Origin: Phaeosaccion multiseriatum
Taxonomy: Eukaryota; Protista; Ochrophyta, other classes
DNA: 64,000 nucleotides
Direction of reading: 5' to 3'
Assembly (NCBI GenBank): GCA_965112735.1
Contig: OZ218951.1
Span: 496,001 to 560,000, forward strand
The translations under genes were made by a program, and so were the position numbers. The notes under the pieces were generated by a model. It was given only the letters and a program-made list of their open reading frames with translations, had not been told where the DNA came from and ran no database searches. Positions 13,201 to 28,200 of the stretch are shown here, piece by piece; positions within the stretch are counted from its first letter, which is position 1; each line of letters starts with the position of its first letter.

Positions 13201-16200
13201 GAGCACTCGGGGAAGGCTCATCCTCGACAGGCGTGTATAGCACCATGGGCGCAGCAGGGGCAAGCGTGTCCAATCGTCTGTCGTACACGCTCGGACTGCA
13301 GGGCCCGTCCATGACCACTGACACGGCGTGCTCGTCCTCTCTGGTGGCCCTGGACAGCGCTTGCAGCAGCTTACGCATGGGCAAGTGCGACGCAGCCGTG
13401 GTGGGCGGAGTGAATCTGTTGCTCGGCACGCAGAGCTTCGAAAGGCTGAAGGGCAGTGGTTTCTTATCACCCGACGGGTACGTGCGCGTGAGTGTGGAGT
13501 GCTTCCATTCCTGTTGTGTTGACCTCTCTTCTCCCTTTGGCCATCGGCTCTCTGGAAAGTCGCACAGTGAGAACGACTTGAGTGCCCTACCAAGTCAGCT
13601 TACCTTACCCCACCCCACACTTCGCATGCCCTTCTCAGACGCTGCAAGACGTTCGACGCGTCGGCAAACGGATATGTGCGTGGTGAAGGATGCGGTGCCG
13701 TTGTGCTGAAACTTTTGGACGACACCCTCGCTGCCGGAGACACCGTCCTTGCTGTGATTGAGGGCTGTGCCGTGAATCACAATGGAACCAGTGCCCGCCT
13801 CACGGCCCCCAGCCCCACCGCCCAGCAGAGACTCATCGAGGCGACGCTGCGTGAGGCCGGTCGAGAGGGCTCCGAGGTACGCATCGTGGAGGCACACGGC
13901 ACGGGAACCTCGCTAGGCGACCCCATCGAGATGAGCGCTCTCAGGGCCACGTACGGGAAGAACCGTGACGACTCTTTCCCGCTGGTAGTGGGTGCGGTCA
14001 AGACCAATATTGGCCATCTGGAGGGTGCGGCGGGCATTGCCGGGATCATCAAGGGCGTCTTGATGCTGCAGCACCGCGCTGTGCCCGCCAACCTCCACCT
14101 CGAGAGCATCAACCCGGAGCTGGACATGGACGGCTTCCACGTGCAGCTCCCGTCGGCAATGGTGCAGCTGGAGGACGAGGGAGACGTGATGGTGGGGGTG
14201 AGCTCGTTCGGGGCGGGAGGAGCGAACGCACACGTGCTGCTGAGGAGCTGCGGGAAGAAACGGAAAGGCGGTTTGGCACCATCTGTTCATGTTCATCAAG
14301 CACAAACGCCAGTGGCGTTCTTGTTCACCGGGCAGGGTTCGCAGTACGTGGGCATGGGCAGGGAGCTGTACGAGAAGGAGGGCGTGTTCCGCGAGTGCGT
14401 GCAGCGGTGCAGCTGGCTGCTCATAGAGCGGGACTGGCTGGACAAGTCTGCGGTGGAGCTCTTGTACCCAGCGGTCGCTGAGGACGGGGAGGAGCAGCAG
14501 GAGGAGGAGACTGCACAAGCGCTGCTGAAGGAGACACGCTACTGCCAGCCATGCCTGTTTTTGCTGGAGTACGCCCTGTGTGAGCTGTGGAAGTCGGAGG
14601 GCGTGGAGCCGGTGATGGTGATGGGGCACAGTCTGGGCCAGGTGGTCGCAGCGTGCGTGGCCGGCGTCATGTCGCTGGAGGACGGGCTGATGCTATCCGC
14701 CAAGAGAGGAGCCGCCATGCAGGCCTGCCCCGAGGGCGAGGGAGTGATGTTCGCAGTGAGGGCAGGCAAGGAGGCGACTTTGGCAAGTATCGACGCTGCG
14801 GGGGGGGCAGGGGAGGTGGTGCTGGCGTCGTCGAATGGACCGAGCGCGAGCGTGATCTCTGGAGCGCGCAGCGCTGTGGACAAGGTGCTGGAGAAGCTCA
14901 CGGCAGATGGAGTGGGCTGCAAGGCCCTGGAGGTGTCGCACGCCTTCCACTCTCCTCTGATGGAGCCCGCTGTACGTGCGCTGGAGGAGGCTCTGAGGCA
15001 GGTGTCGTTCAGCCCCCCACGCATTCCCCTGGTGTCCAACGTGACGGGTGAGGTGGTGACAGGGGAGGAGGTGACGCAGGCGACGTATTGGGTGCAGCAC
15101 ATGCTATCGCCGGTGCTGTTCGCAGAAGGCATCCACACGCTGGTGGAGCACTGGGTGGGCGACGGGAGGGGGGCTGACCTGAGCATCGTTGAGGTGGGCC
15201 CCAACCCTGTGCTGAGCAGCATGGGAGCCAAGTGCGAGCGTCGCGAGGGGCTGGTGTGGATACCCTCTCTAATGCGCGGGAAGAGCTCTGAGGATTCGTT
15301 TGGAGCGGCTGTGAGCACAGTGCACCGGCAAGAGAGGAAGGGCAAGGAGAGCATCCTCTTCCCAACGCGCAAGGCCTTTCCTTGGTACACAGCGCGAGTC
15401 ACAGCACCACCTCAGACGTGGAGTGAAGCGGAGCAGGGCCCGCTTTATGTTGTTGAGTGGGAGGCGGTGCAGGTGCCCACGGCTTCGCAGCAGGCTTTGC
15501 TGACCGGCAGCCTTCCGTGGCTCGTCGTGACTCCCCAGGAAGCCGAAGGGCAGCACGCATCGAGCAGCCACAGAGCCTTGGAAGCTGTCCAAAGCGCGGC
15601 GACAGCAAATGGTGTGGAGGTGCACGTGGTGGAGGCGGTCGGTTCAGACGCGCAGCCCCGTGGGGCCCATCTCTTCTACTTGACGTCGGCAACGGGCTCT
15701 CCTACCGATGGGGCAATCCACTTTGTACAAACTGTACAGAGCTTAGGCGGGGACGAGGCAATGATGCCCGTCACTGTGGTCACAACGGGAGTGTACAGCG
15801 GTGCTGGTTGGCAGGACAGCTGGGTGGTGGGGCTGGTGAGAAGCATACGCCTGGAGCCGGGCGACCTCTCCGTGAACCACGTGGACCTTGAGTGTGCCAT
15901 GTCTCCACAGTCTGAGGATGCCCGAACTACAGTAGAGGAGATGGAAGCCCAGACTGTCTCCCAGGCTGTGACGCTGGCTGCAGAAGCTCACGACGGAGCG
16001 CGAGGCATGGACCTGCTGGTTCGAGGGTGCGAGATCCTCGCTCCGAGGCTGGTGCCCAGCACACTCCATCTGACGCCGGCAGGAGTCGATCGCTTCACGT
16101 ACAGGGAGGATGGGACGTACCTGATCAGCGGTGGTCTGGGGGGGCTGGGTCTGGCGACGGCGAATCACTTGGTCTCCCAGGGCGCTCGACACCTGCTCCT

Positions 16201-19200
16201 CCTATCTCGAAGCGGCCGGGCGGCAGAGGAAGCTTCAGAGCTGTGGCTGGCCCTGCAGAGCATAGAAAATGTCACCGCTGTGGCTGTGGCCTGCGATGTG
16301 TCCAACATGGGCCAGCTTCGAGATGCTGTAGCAACGGCCTTGGTGGGTCTGCCTCACGTTCGGGGTGTGATTCACGCAGCGGGGGTTCTAGATGACGGCC
16401 AGTTGGCTGGGCAGACCGATCAGAGCGTGCGGAAAGTGTTCGCACCAAAGATTCAGGGGGCTTGGAATCTACATGAGCTGTCGCTTGAGTGGGCCGAGAG
16501 GGGAGAGAACTTGGATTTCTTCATATCGTATTCCTCTACGGCTGGGACACTTGGCAACATCGGGCAGACGAATTATGCCGCAGCCAACTCCGCGCTCGAT
16601 GGTCTGATGCGCTACCGCCGCCAGCAGCTCAGGCTGGCGGGCACCAGCATTCAGTGGGGGCCCTTTGGTGAGGCGGGCATGGCAGCGAAGTCTACGACAC
16701 TACGGAGCCTTTTCGAGATGGCCGGAGTTGGCCTGATCTCACTGGCGCTGGGTATGAAGGCACTGGATGCCGTCCTTGCATGTCAAGCGCAAACCAGCGT
16801 GCAGGAGGTGACCGTCATGCCGGCCATGAGGTGGGGCAAATTTCGAGCGAGCTTGGCCCCTGTGCACAGCGATTTCCTCGGGCACTTGACGGACCGCGAA
16901 GACAGTGGTGAGGCGGCGAAGGGCTACAGCGTCAATGCCGAGGTGCGGGAGGAGCTCCTGCTCTTGCCGGAGTCAGCACGGCGGGAGAGGATCGAGCAAG
17001 TCCTGACGGACATGGTGGTGGAGTGCGTTGGCGAGGACTTCACCTTGGCAGCAACGATGCCCTTGATGGAGGCCGGACTCGATTCGATGGCTTCCGTGGA
17101 GTTTCGCAAGCGAATCGAGGCCTGGTGTGGTGTCACCGTGTCGAATGGCGCCTTCTTCTCGTATCCATCGGTGTCTGCAATGGGCGCGTGGCTCGAGGCC
17201 CGGATTCTCGAGGTACTGGATGATGTAGAGGGGGCTAAAAAGGTGCTGACAGGACAGCACTTGTCCTCGGACTCTCGAGCCCCCATCGCTGTAGTGAGTA
17301 TGGCGTGTCGCCTCCCCGGTGGAGCCAATAGCCCGGAGCAGTTCTGGTCGATGATGTGCGAGGGCAGAGACTGCATTACGGCAGCGCCACCCGACAGGTG
17401 GGAGAGTAAGACGGGCGAGCTGCAGCTACAGGGAGGGTTCATCGAGGACGTGGAGATGTTCGACAATGCCTTCTTTGGCATCAGTGCTGCCGAGGCAGAG
17501 GCAATGGACCCCAATCAGCGCCTCATGCTGGAGGTGGCCTTCGAGGCCCTCCATCGCGCGGGCCACAGCAAGAGCAGCCTGCGGGGCAGCAACACCGGCG
17601 TGTTCGTGGGCTTGTCGGACACGGACTGGGGCTTCGTGGCAGGAGATGCCGCTGCTCAGAGTGCCTATGGCGGAATGGGCCTGACGGCTTCGAACATTGC
17701 GAATCGCGTATCCTACACTCTGGGTCTCTGCGGCCCCAGTGCGTTGCTGCAGACAGCATGCTCGTCGTCCCTGGTGGCTCTGGACGCTGCTTGCAGCAAC
17801 CTCCGCCTGGGCAAGTGCGACTCGGCGGTGGTCGGTGGCGTGAACCTGCTGCTCGGGAAGAGCACCTTCCAGTCCTTGATTACGGGGACCTTCCTCTCCC
17901 CCGACTGGTAAGTTGCTCTGGACACTCTGGTCTGTGAAGTCTGATTCATTTATCCTATTGCTGCTCTTGGGCGTCTTCTCTACAGTCAAACAAGACCTTC
18001 CGTTGCACCCCACTCACACCCCACCTATATTTCTCTACCTTGCGACAGGCGCTGCAAGACGTTTGACGCATCTGCAAATGGTTATGTCAGAGGCGAAGGA
18101 TGTGGTGCCATTGTGCTGAAGCGCTTTGATGATGCTATGGCCAGCGGGGACGCTGTGCTAGTGGTAATCGAGGGCTGTGCGGTCAACCACAATGGGGCCA
18201 GCGCTCGTCTGACGGCACCCAGTCCTCTTGCTCAGCAGCAGCTTCTGTCTGCCGCTCTGGCAGAGGCGGGAAGGGACCCCGCAGAGGTGAGCTTCGTGGA
18301 GGCGCACGGCACGGGAACGGCGCTGGGAGACCCCATCGAGATGAGCGCCCTTAAGGCAGTGTACTGCGGACCGGACCGCAGCGAGGCAAATGCCTTGGTG
18401 GTAGGTGCGCTGAAGGCCAATATCGGCCATCTGGAGGGTGCAGCAGGTATTGCAGGCCTCATCAAGACCGTACTGGTGCTGCAGCACCGCATCGCCCCTC
18501 CGAACCTGCATTTGAAGGACATCAACCCCGAGCTGGAGCTCGCCGGCGTCCCTGTGACGCTGCCTGTGACCATGGAGCCCGTGGGTCAGGGCGGGCGGAC
18601 AGGAGTGCTCGTTGCTGCCGTGAGCTCTTTCGGTGCCGGCGGAACCAATGCTCACGCCGTGCTATCCGGTCCCAGAGCTGGGAGTACGGCCGCGCATACC
18701 GACGGAGAGGGCGTCGGCTTCAACGATGCTCTTCAGAAGGACAGCGAGTCAGAGCGTGGCGCATTGTACCGCACACGCCAAGCGTTTCGTTGGTTCAGGC
18801 CTCCACTGGCATTCATGCCCAGCGGCGAGGTGGTCCAAGAGGGAGACGGAATGCGGCTCTCTTGCCCCTTCTCGCCTCACATCAAGGACCTTCTCAAGGA
18901 CCACGCAGTCAACAATGTGGTGATCATTCCAGGGGTGACGTACATTGAAGTGGGTGTTGTCACTGCTCTAGAAGCAAGACAGCTCGGGGTGGAGCAGCAA
19001 GTCGTCCTGCAAGGAGCCAACTTTGTGGCTCCATTGGAGATTGAGGGTTTCCAGCACACGGGCACGGACAAAGCGCAGAGCCGCAATACTATTGTCTGTG
19101 ACGGCTTGAGTGCTCTACACGCGAGCGATGGAAGCATGCAGTTTTTCGGAGGCGTTGAGGGTGACAAGGGAGCGACCGCGAGGATGGAACACGTGTCTGT

Positions 19201-22200
19201 CATGGAGCGAACCGAGCCGCGTGACATGCTGGATATAGAGGGAATCAAGGGGCGGGTAGGGACTGTGGACTTGGCCCATGGCCTGTACAAGGCCATGGCG
19301 GATGCCAACTTCAACTATGGCCCTCGCTTTGAGCGGAGTTTACAGATGTTCGCCAATGACGGAGAGGTGCTATCGGTCGTGCGTGCTCTCGACTCGGACC
19401 TGTGCGAGCCTTGGGAGGCGACGGGCTTTGCTCTGCACCCTGCGGTGCTCGACAATGCGACTCACTCACTTTTGCACGCAATCCCACGCCAGTTGTTGAG
19501 AGCGAGGGATGGAGCTCCATTCCTGCCCGTTGGCTTTGACGAGGTGATCGTTTCTGCCCCCATATCGGGAGCAAAGGTATGGGTGCACACGACGCTCGGT
19601 GAAGTGGAGCCCGGGGGCAACTGCGTCAAGTTTGACATCAAGATTGCCGACTTTGATAGCAAGCAGATTCTTTTGGAGATGCGTGGGTTCCGGGCTCAGC
19701 GGGCGAGAGGCTTTGTGCGCTCCAATCCGCTTCGTCGGGCGATGTACACGCTTAAATGGCAGACCACTGAGTCGTCTACACAGGAGGAGGCCCCTGGTAG
19801 TGATACTGACCCTGCTGAGGCGGCGGTGCCACAGAAGTGGCTGGTGGTTATTCCACAGGACGAGAGGGAGGAAGAGATTTCAATCATTGCTGCAGTGCGG
19901 CACTGTGTTCCGGAGAACGTGCACATACACACTCGATATGGGGGGATGGACGCCTCCTGGGATGATGGTGCTCTTCTTTTTGGAGAGGACGAGTGGGCTC
20001 GCGTCTTGTACGTGCCGATCTCTGGGGATGGCAAAGAAGACGCAGAAGGAAGCCCGCAAGCACGAGCGGCCTACGCTCTGCTATCGCTACTCAGGAGCAT
20101 GTCCACTACGTCGAATGTGCCGCTGACGGTCTTGACGAGGGGCGTCCAAAGCGGCGAGGACTGGCGTGACAGCTGGGTGACTGGGCTGGTGCGGACTGCG
20201 AGAGTGGAGCACCCCTCCCTGCAGATTGGCGTGGTGGACCTCAGCGGCAAGAAGGACCAAGACAGCGAGCTTGCCTTAGGCTTGGCCTTCCCTACTGCCA
20301 TAGAAGATGTGTGGGTACGCGACGGACAGTGCTGGGCTCCTCGGCTTGTACGTCAGCCCCTGCAGCTTCCCTTCTCAATAGATTTGAAGGCAAGAGGCAG
20401 CATTGCCGGTGCTTTCGCCCTTCGTGATGATGTGGACCATGGCAAACATCAACCCCGTGACCCAGCTGGCAGCTCAGTAGTGGTGGCAGTAAGGGCTGTT
20501 GGCCTTAACTTCCGGGACGTGCTGAATGTGCTGGACATGTACCCTGGCGATCCTGGAGATCCCTGCTCCGAGTTCGCCGGGCAGGTGATCAGTGTGGGAG
20601 GAAGTTCGCGCTTCCGTGTCGGCGATGCAGTGTTTGGCTTTGCGGACGGAGGATGTTTGCGCAGTCATGTGACGACGAGTGATGTGTGTCTGGCCGTGAT
20701 GCCGGCCGTGCTGAGCTTCGAGCAGGCCGCTGCAGTTCCCACCGTGTGCTTGACAGTAGTTAAGGCCTTCCACGACCTCAAGGCTGGAGAGAAGGTGTTG
20801 ATTCATGCCGCATCGGGCGGTGTGGGCCTTGCCGCCGTGCAGTATGCTCAGCGGGTGGGCGCGGAGGTGTACGCTACTGCCGGTGCTGCTGTGAAGCATC
20901 ACTTCCTCCGGAGCTTGGGAGTGCAGCACATTGCGTCTTCAAGAGACGCAGAGGCGTTCAAGCAGTCCATGGGTGAGATGAAGGTGGATGTGGTGCTCAA
21001 CTCACTGAGCGAGGATTACATTCCCTTCTCATTGGACATGCTGACAGAGGGAGGCAGATTCGTGGAGATTGGGAAGAGAGGTGTATGGAGTCACGAGCAG
21101 ATGCACACCGCCCGGTCCGATGTGAGGTACAACCTCGTCGCAGTGGACGCCATGATCGAGTTCGACTTTTCGGCGGGTGAGCCGGGCTGGATAAGCGACG
21201 AGCTGCAGCATCTGGCTAAAGAGTGCATGCCTGGCAATGTGAAGCCGTTACCGACCATACCCTTTGACATGAGGGAGGATACTCAGAAGGCCATGCTATA
21301 CATGAGCCAAGCGAAGCACATCGGCAAGGTGGTGCTGACCAACCCCTCGTACGGTGTGCAAGTGGTGTCCGATGGCACGTACGTCATCAGCGGCGGTCTG
21401 GGGGCTCTCGGCCTCGTGACGGCCCAGCACCTCGTGTCGAGGGGCGCTCGTCACCTTGTGCTGCTGTCGAGGAGTGGGAAGGTCGCCGAAAGCATGACAG
21501 AGCAGTGGCAGCAGCTTCAGAACAAGGTGGAGCTGACAATCCATACTCCTACTTGCGATGTTGCTGACGCGGAGGCACTTCGGACTCGCCTGGGGGGCGT
21601 GCTGCCTCTGCTCCCCCCTGTACGCGGTGTGGTGCATGCTGCCGGGGTGCTGGATGATATGCTGCTGGGAGAGCAGACGGCGGAGAGCGTGATGAACGTC
21701 TTCCGACCGAAGGTGCAGGGGGCGATTAACTTGCACGAGCTTTCGTTGGCTTGGGCGACGGAGGAGGGGCGCGCTCCTGGCCTTGACTTCTTCTTTTGCT
21801 TCACATCCATGGCCGGAGTACTGGGTAACGCTGGACAGGCCAACTACGCTGCAGCGAATGCGGCTGTGGACGGGCTGATGCGGCACAGGCGACACCTCGG
21901 GCTTGCAGGGGCGTCATTGCAGTGGGGGCCATGGGCTGACGTTGGTATGGCCGCCCAGCTCGATATCGTTCAGAAGCAGTTGGAGCTTGCGGGTGTGGGC
22001 ACGGTGTCAGCTGAACTGGGCATGGCTGCCTTAGATGCCGCTGCGATGTCGTCAACGTCTTCAGGTGACTTGGCCGTCCTGCCTGGCATGGACTGGGGCA
22101 AGTTTGCAGGCAGCTTGGGGGCATCCCGTACATCGCCCCTGCTGTCAGGGCTTGTCTCAACAACAGCAGGTGCGTCCAGCAACACCAAACTCAACAATGA

Positions 22201-25200
22201 AGTGCGCGAGGCGCTCTTGAGACTGCCGCCTGGCGACCGACAGCAATCAGTGCGATTGGCGGTGCTTGATATCGCCAAGGACCTACTTGGGGAAGGTGCC
22301 GACGAGCTGGACGCGAACACGCCTTTGATGGAAGCAGGTCTTGACTCTTTGTCAACAGTGGAGCTGCGCGGCCGGCTACAGGCTCGCTTCGGGGTTGTAG
22401 TGACCACTGACGTGCTCTTCGCGTATCCCACGGTAGCGGCGCTGGCAGTATGGATCGAAGCGGAGGTGCTTGGCGAGGTAGAGGAACCCTCTGGCAGTCG
22501 CTCTGCGGCGATCGCTGCTGAAGCGCACCGCATTGACTCAAGGGCGCCGCTGGCCGTCGTCGGGATAGCCTGTCGCTTCCCTGGAGGGGTAAAGAACACC
22601 GAGGACTTCTGGGCTATGCTCTGTGCAGGGACAGACTGTATTGGAGCCAGCCCTGTCGGTCGTTGGGGCGAGGAGGGTCAGAAGCAGTGGCATGGGGGCT
22701 TCATTGATGGAGTGGAGGCTTTTGACAACACCTTCTTCGGCATCTCTGCGGCCGAGGCGGGTGCCATGGACCCTCATCAGCGCGTCATGCTGGAGGTGGG
22801 GTACGAGGCTCTGCACAGGGCGGGATACCGCAAGGATACACTACATGGCAGCAACACCGGTGTGTTCGTGGGTATGTCCGGTAGCGAGTGGGGCTCAGTG
22901 GTTGACGATTCGAACAAGGGTGCGTACTCCGTCATGGGCATGTCCAATGCGAGTCCGGCAAATCGGATGTCTTACGTGCTGGGCCTCGGAGGGCCGAGCA
23001 TGAGTGTCGACACGGCGTGCTCGTCGTCTTTGGTGGCACTGGAAGGGGCCTGCAGCAGCTTGCGACTGGGCAAGTGTGACATCGCCTTGGTGGGAGGCGT
23101 CAACTTGCTGCTGGGTACACAGACGTTCGGGACCCTCGCCGAAGGAGGTTTCCTGAGTCTTGACTGGTAAGTGCGTGTCTCTTCTGTGTGGGTGGGAGCT
23201 TGTTCTTGGGGCCGGTATGAGAGCAAGATCAAAAGGCGCAAGCTGTCTGAAAGGCCCCTGTTGCTGATGGGTTTCCTCTTGTCTGTTCTTCACTTTTGCA
23301 AACCCTCAATGGTCAGGCGCTGCAAGACGTTCGACGCTGCGGCCAACGGTTACGTTCGAGGTGAGGGCTGCGGCGCCGTGGTACTGAAGCGACTGGACGA
23401 TGCACAGGCCAATGGCGACCACATCCTCGCAGTCGTCAATGGCTGCGCTGCGAACCACAACGGGAGAAGTTTGCGCTACACTGCCCCGTGCCCTTCTGCT
23501 CAGCAGCGTCTGATGGAGCAGGCACTGGCGGAGGCCGGCTTGAGCGGTGTGGAGGTTGATTACGTGGAGGCGCACGGCACCGGGACTTCTCTCGGCGACC
23601 CCATCGAGATGAGTGCTTTGAGGGCCGTGTATGGCCATGGCCGTGAGGAAGCTCGGCCCCTGGTGGTTGGGGCGGTGAAGACCAATATCGGGCATCTAGA
23701 GGGTGCGTCCGGAATCGCTGGCCTCATCAAAGCTCTGCTGGTCCTTCAGCATGGATCTGCTCCCCCCAATCTCCACATGAAAAAGCTCAATCCGGAGCTG
23801 CCCCTGGAAGGCTTTCCAGTGACTCTACCTTCCGCCATGGTATCTCTGAGTCACGAGAGCGGGGAGCGACGTATCGCTGCAGTCAGTTCCTTCGGTGCTG
23901 GTGGTGCCAATGCACACGCTGTGCTCAGCAGCTTCGGACCAACGTTGGTTGAGAGGGGCGAAGTCTTGCTGCAGCTGGATGGACAGCATAGCAAGAAGCG
24001 TTCACCGGTGGTGTTCTTGTTCACCGGACAGGGATCGCAGTACGTGGGCATGGGCAGGGAGCTGTACGAGAAGGAGGGCGTGTTCCGCGAGTGCGTGCAG
24101 CGATGCAGTAGGCTGCTCATGGAGCGGGCCTGGCTGGACAAGTCTGTGGTGGAGCTCATGTACCCCACAGCGGAGGGAGAGGAAACTGCACAAGCGCTGC
24201 TGAAGGAGACGCGCTACTGCCAGCCGTGCCTATTCGTGCTGGAGTACGCCCTGTGTGAGCTGTGGAAGTCGGGGGGCGTGGAGCTTTCCATGGTGATGGG
24301 CCACAGCCTGGGCGAGGTAGTGGCGGCGTGTGTGGCCGGCGTCATGTCGCTGGAGGACGGGCTGATGCTGTCCGCCAAGCGAGGAGCCGCCATGCAGGCC
24401 TGCCCCGAGGGCGATGGAGTGATGTTCGCAGCGAGGGCAGGCAAGGAGGCGACTTTGGCAAGCATCGACGCTGCAGGGGCAGGCGAGGTGGTGCTGGCGT
24501 CTTCGAATGGACCGAGCGCGAGCGTGATCTCTGGAGCGCGCAGTGCTGTGGACAAGGTGGTGGAGAGGCTCACGGCAGATGGAGTGGGCTGCAAGGCCCT
24601 GGAGGTGTCGCACGCCTTCCACTCTCCTCTGATGGAGCCCGCTGTACGTGCGCTGGAGGAGGTTCTGAGGCAGGTGTCGTTCAGCGCCCCACGCATTCCC
24701 CTGGTGTCCAACGTGACGGGTGAGGTGGCGAGAGGGGAGGAGGTGACGCAGGCGACGTATTGGGTGCAACACATGCTGTCGCCAGTGCTGTTCGCAGAAG
24801 GCATCCACACGCTGGTGGAGCACTGGATGGGAGACGGGAGGGGGGCTGACCTGAGCATCGTTGAGGTGGGTCCCAACCCTGTGCTGAGCAGCATGGGAGC
24901 CAAGTGCGAGCGTCGCGAGGGGCTGGCGTGGATCTCCTCCCTCACGCGCGGGAAGAGCTCTGATGATTCGTTTGGAGCGGCTTTGAGTACAGTACAGCAG
25001 CGAAAGTGTAAGGAGCACATCCTGTTCCCAACGCGCAAAGCCTTTCCTTGGTACGCAGCGCGAGTCACAGCAGCGCCTCAGACGTGGAGTGAAGCGGAGC
25101 AGGGCCCACTATATGTTGTTGAGTGGGAGGCGGTGGAGGTGCCCACGGCTTCGCAGCAGGCTTTGCTGACCGGCAGCCTTCCGTGGCTCGTCGTGATTCC

Positions 25201-28200
25201 CCAGGCAACCGAAGAGCAGCACGCATGGAGCAACCACAGAGCGTTGGAAGCTATCGGAAGCGCGGCGACAGCAAGTGGCGTAGAGGTGCACATGGTGGAG
25301 GCAGTCGGTTCCGACGCGCAGCCACGTGGGGCCCATCTCTTCTACTTGGCGTCAGCAGGGACGTGCTCTCCTACCGATGGGGCAATCCAGTTTGTGCAAA
25401 CTGTACAGAGCTTAGGCGGGGACGAGGCAGTGATGCCGATCACCGTGGTGACAACGGGTGTGTACAGCGGTGCTGGTTGGCAGGACAGCTGGGCAGTGGG
25501 ACTGGTGAGAAGCGTACGCCTGGAGCGGGGCGACCTCTCCGTGAACCACGTGGACCTTGAGTGCGCCATGTCTCCACAGTCTGAGGGTGCTCAACCTACA
25601 GTAGAGGAGATGGAAGTTCAAACTATCTCCCAGGCTGTGACGCTGGCTGCCGGAGCCTGCGGCGGAGGTCGAGGTGTGGACCTGCTGGTTCGAGGGTGTG
25701 AGATCCTCGCTCCGAGGCTGATGCCCAGCACACTCCATCTGACATCGGCAGGAGTCGATCGCCTCACGTGCAGGGAGGATGGGACCTACCTGATCAGCGG
25801 TGGCCTGGGGGGACTGGGTCTGGCGACCGCGAATCACTTGGTGTCCCAGGGCGCTCGATACCTGCTCCTCCTTTCTCGAAGCGGCCGGGCGGCAGAGGAA
25901 GTTTCAGAGCTGTGGCAGGCCCTGCAGAGTATGGAGAGTGTCACCGCTGTGGCCGTGGCCTGCGATGTCTCTGAGATGCATCAGCTTCGAGACGCTGTAG
26001 CCAACGCTTTGGTGGACCTGCCTACCGTTCGGGGTGTGATTCACGCAGCAGGGGTTCTAGATGACCGTAAGTTGGCGGGGCAGACCGACCAGAGCATGCG
26101 GAAAGTGTTCGCACCAAAGATTCACGGGGCTTGGAATCTGCATGAGCTGTCGCTTGAGTGGGCCGAGAGGGAAGAGAACTTGGACTTCTTCGCATCGTAT
26201 TCATCTACTTCTGGGATACTTGGTAACATCGGACAGACGAATTATGCCGCAGCCAACTCCGCGCTCGATGGTCTGATGCGCTACCGCCGCCAGCAGCTCA
26301 GGCTGGCGGGCACCAGCATTCAGTGGGGGCCCTTTGGTGAGGCGGGCATGGCAGCGAAGTCTACGACACTGCGGAGCCTTTTCGAGATGGCCGGAGTGGG
26401 CCTGATCTCATCGGCGCTGGGTATGAAGGCACTGGATGCCGTCCTTGCAAGTCAAGCGCAAGCCAACGTGCAGGAGGTGGCCGTCATGCCGGCCATGAGG
26501 TGGGGCAAATTTCGAGCGAGCTTGGCCCCTGTGCACAGCGATTTCCTCGGGCAATTGACAGACCGCGGAGAAAATGGCGAGGCATCAAAGGGCTACAGCG
26601 TCAACGCCGAGGTGCGGGAGGAGCTCCTGCTCTTACCGGAGTCAGCACGGCGGGAGAGGATCGAGCAGGTCCTGACGGACATGGTGGTGGAGTGCGTTGG
26701 CGAGGACTTCACCTTGGCAGCAACGATGCCCTTGATGGAAGCCGGACTCGATTCGATGGCGTCCGTAGAGTTTCGCAAGCGAATCGAGGCCTGGTGTGGT
26801 GTCACCGTTTCGAATGGCGCCTTCTTCTCGTCTCCATCAGTGTCTGCAATGGCCGCGTGGCTCGAGGCCCGGATTCTTGAGGTGCGGGATGATGTAGAGG
26901 GGGGTAAAGAGGTGCTGACAAGACAGCACTTGTCCTCGGACTCTCGAGCCCCCATCGCTGTAGTGAGTATGGCGTGTCGCCTCCCCGGTGGAGCCAATAG
27001 CCCGGAGCAGTTCTGGTCGATGATGTGCGAGGGCAGAGACTGCATTACGGCAGCGCCACCCGACAGGTGGGAGAGTAAGACGGGCGAGCTGCAGCTACAG
27101 GGAGGGTTCATCGAGGACGTGGAGATGTTCGACAATGCCTTCTTTGGCATCAGTGCTGCCGAGGCAGAGGCAATGGACCCCAATCAGCGCCTCATGCTGG
27201 AGGTGGCCTTCGAGGCCCTCCATCGCGCGGGCCACAGCAAGAGCAGCCTGCGGGGCAGCAACACCGGCGTGTTCGTGGGCTTGTCGGACACGGACTGGGG
27301 CTTCGTGGCAGGAGATGCCGCTGCTCAGAGTGCCTATGGCGGAATGGGCCTGACGGCTTCGAACATTGCGAATCGCGTATCCTACACTCTGGGTCTCTGC
27401 GGCCCCAGTGCGTTGCTGCAGACAGCATGCTCGTCGTCCCTGGTGGCTCTGGACGCTGCTTGCAGCAACCTCCGCCTGGGCAAGTGCGACTCGGCGGTGG
27501 TCGGTGGCGTGAACCTGCTGCTCGGGAAGAGCACCTTCCAGTCCTTGATTGCGGGGACCTTCCTCTCCCCCGACTGGTAAGTTGCTCTGGACACTCTGGT
27601 CTGTGAAGTCTGATTCATTTATCCTATTGCTGCTCTTGGGCGTCTTCTCTACAGTCAAACAAGACCTTCCGTTGCACCCCACTCACACCCCACCTATATT
27701 TCTCTACCTTGCGACAGGCGCTGCAAGACGTTTGACGCATCTGCAAATGGTTATGTCAGAGGCGAAGGATGTGGTGCCATTGTGCTGAAGCGCTTTGATG
27801 ATGCTATGGCCAGCGGGGACGCTGTGCTAGCGGTAATCGAGGGCTGTGCGGTCAACCACAATGGGGCCAGCGCTCGTCTGACGGCACCCAGTCCTCTTGC
27901 TCAGCAGCAGCTTCTGTCTGCCGCTCTGGCAGAGGCGGGAAGGGACCCCGCAGAGGTGAGCTTCGTGGAGGCGCACGGCACGGGAACGGCGCTGGGAGAC
28001 CCCATCGAGATGAGCGCCCTTAAGGCAGTGTACTGCGGACCGGACCGCAGCGAGGCAAATGCCTTGGTGGTAGGTGCGCTGAAGGCCAATATCGGCCATC
28101 TGGAGGGTGCAGCAGGTATTGCAGGCCTCATCAAGACCGTACTGGTGCTGCAGCACCGCATCGCCCCTCCGAACCTGCATTTGAAGGACATCAACCCCGA

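Noticed and set aside
14624-14641. AT3 GHSLGQ variant as an inactive AT
   Set aside because: The catalytic Ser, the downstream Arg (SAKRG) and HAFH are intact, so E-to-Q alone is not enough evidence.
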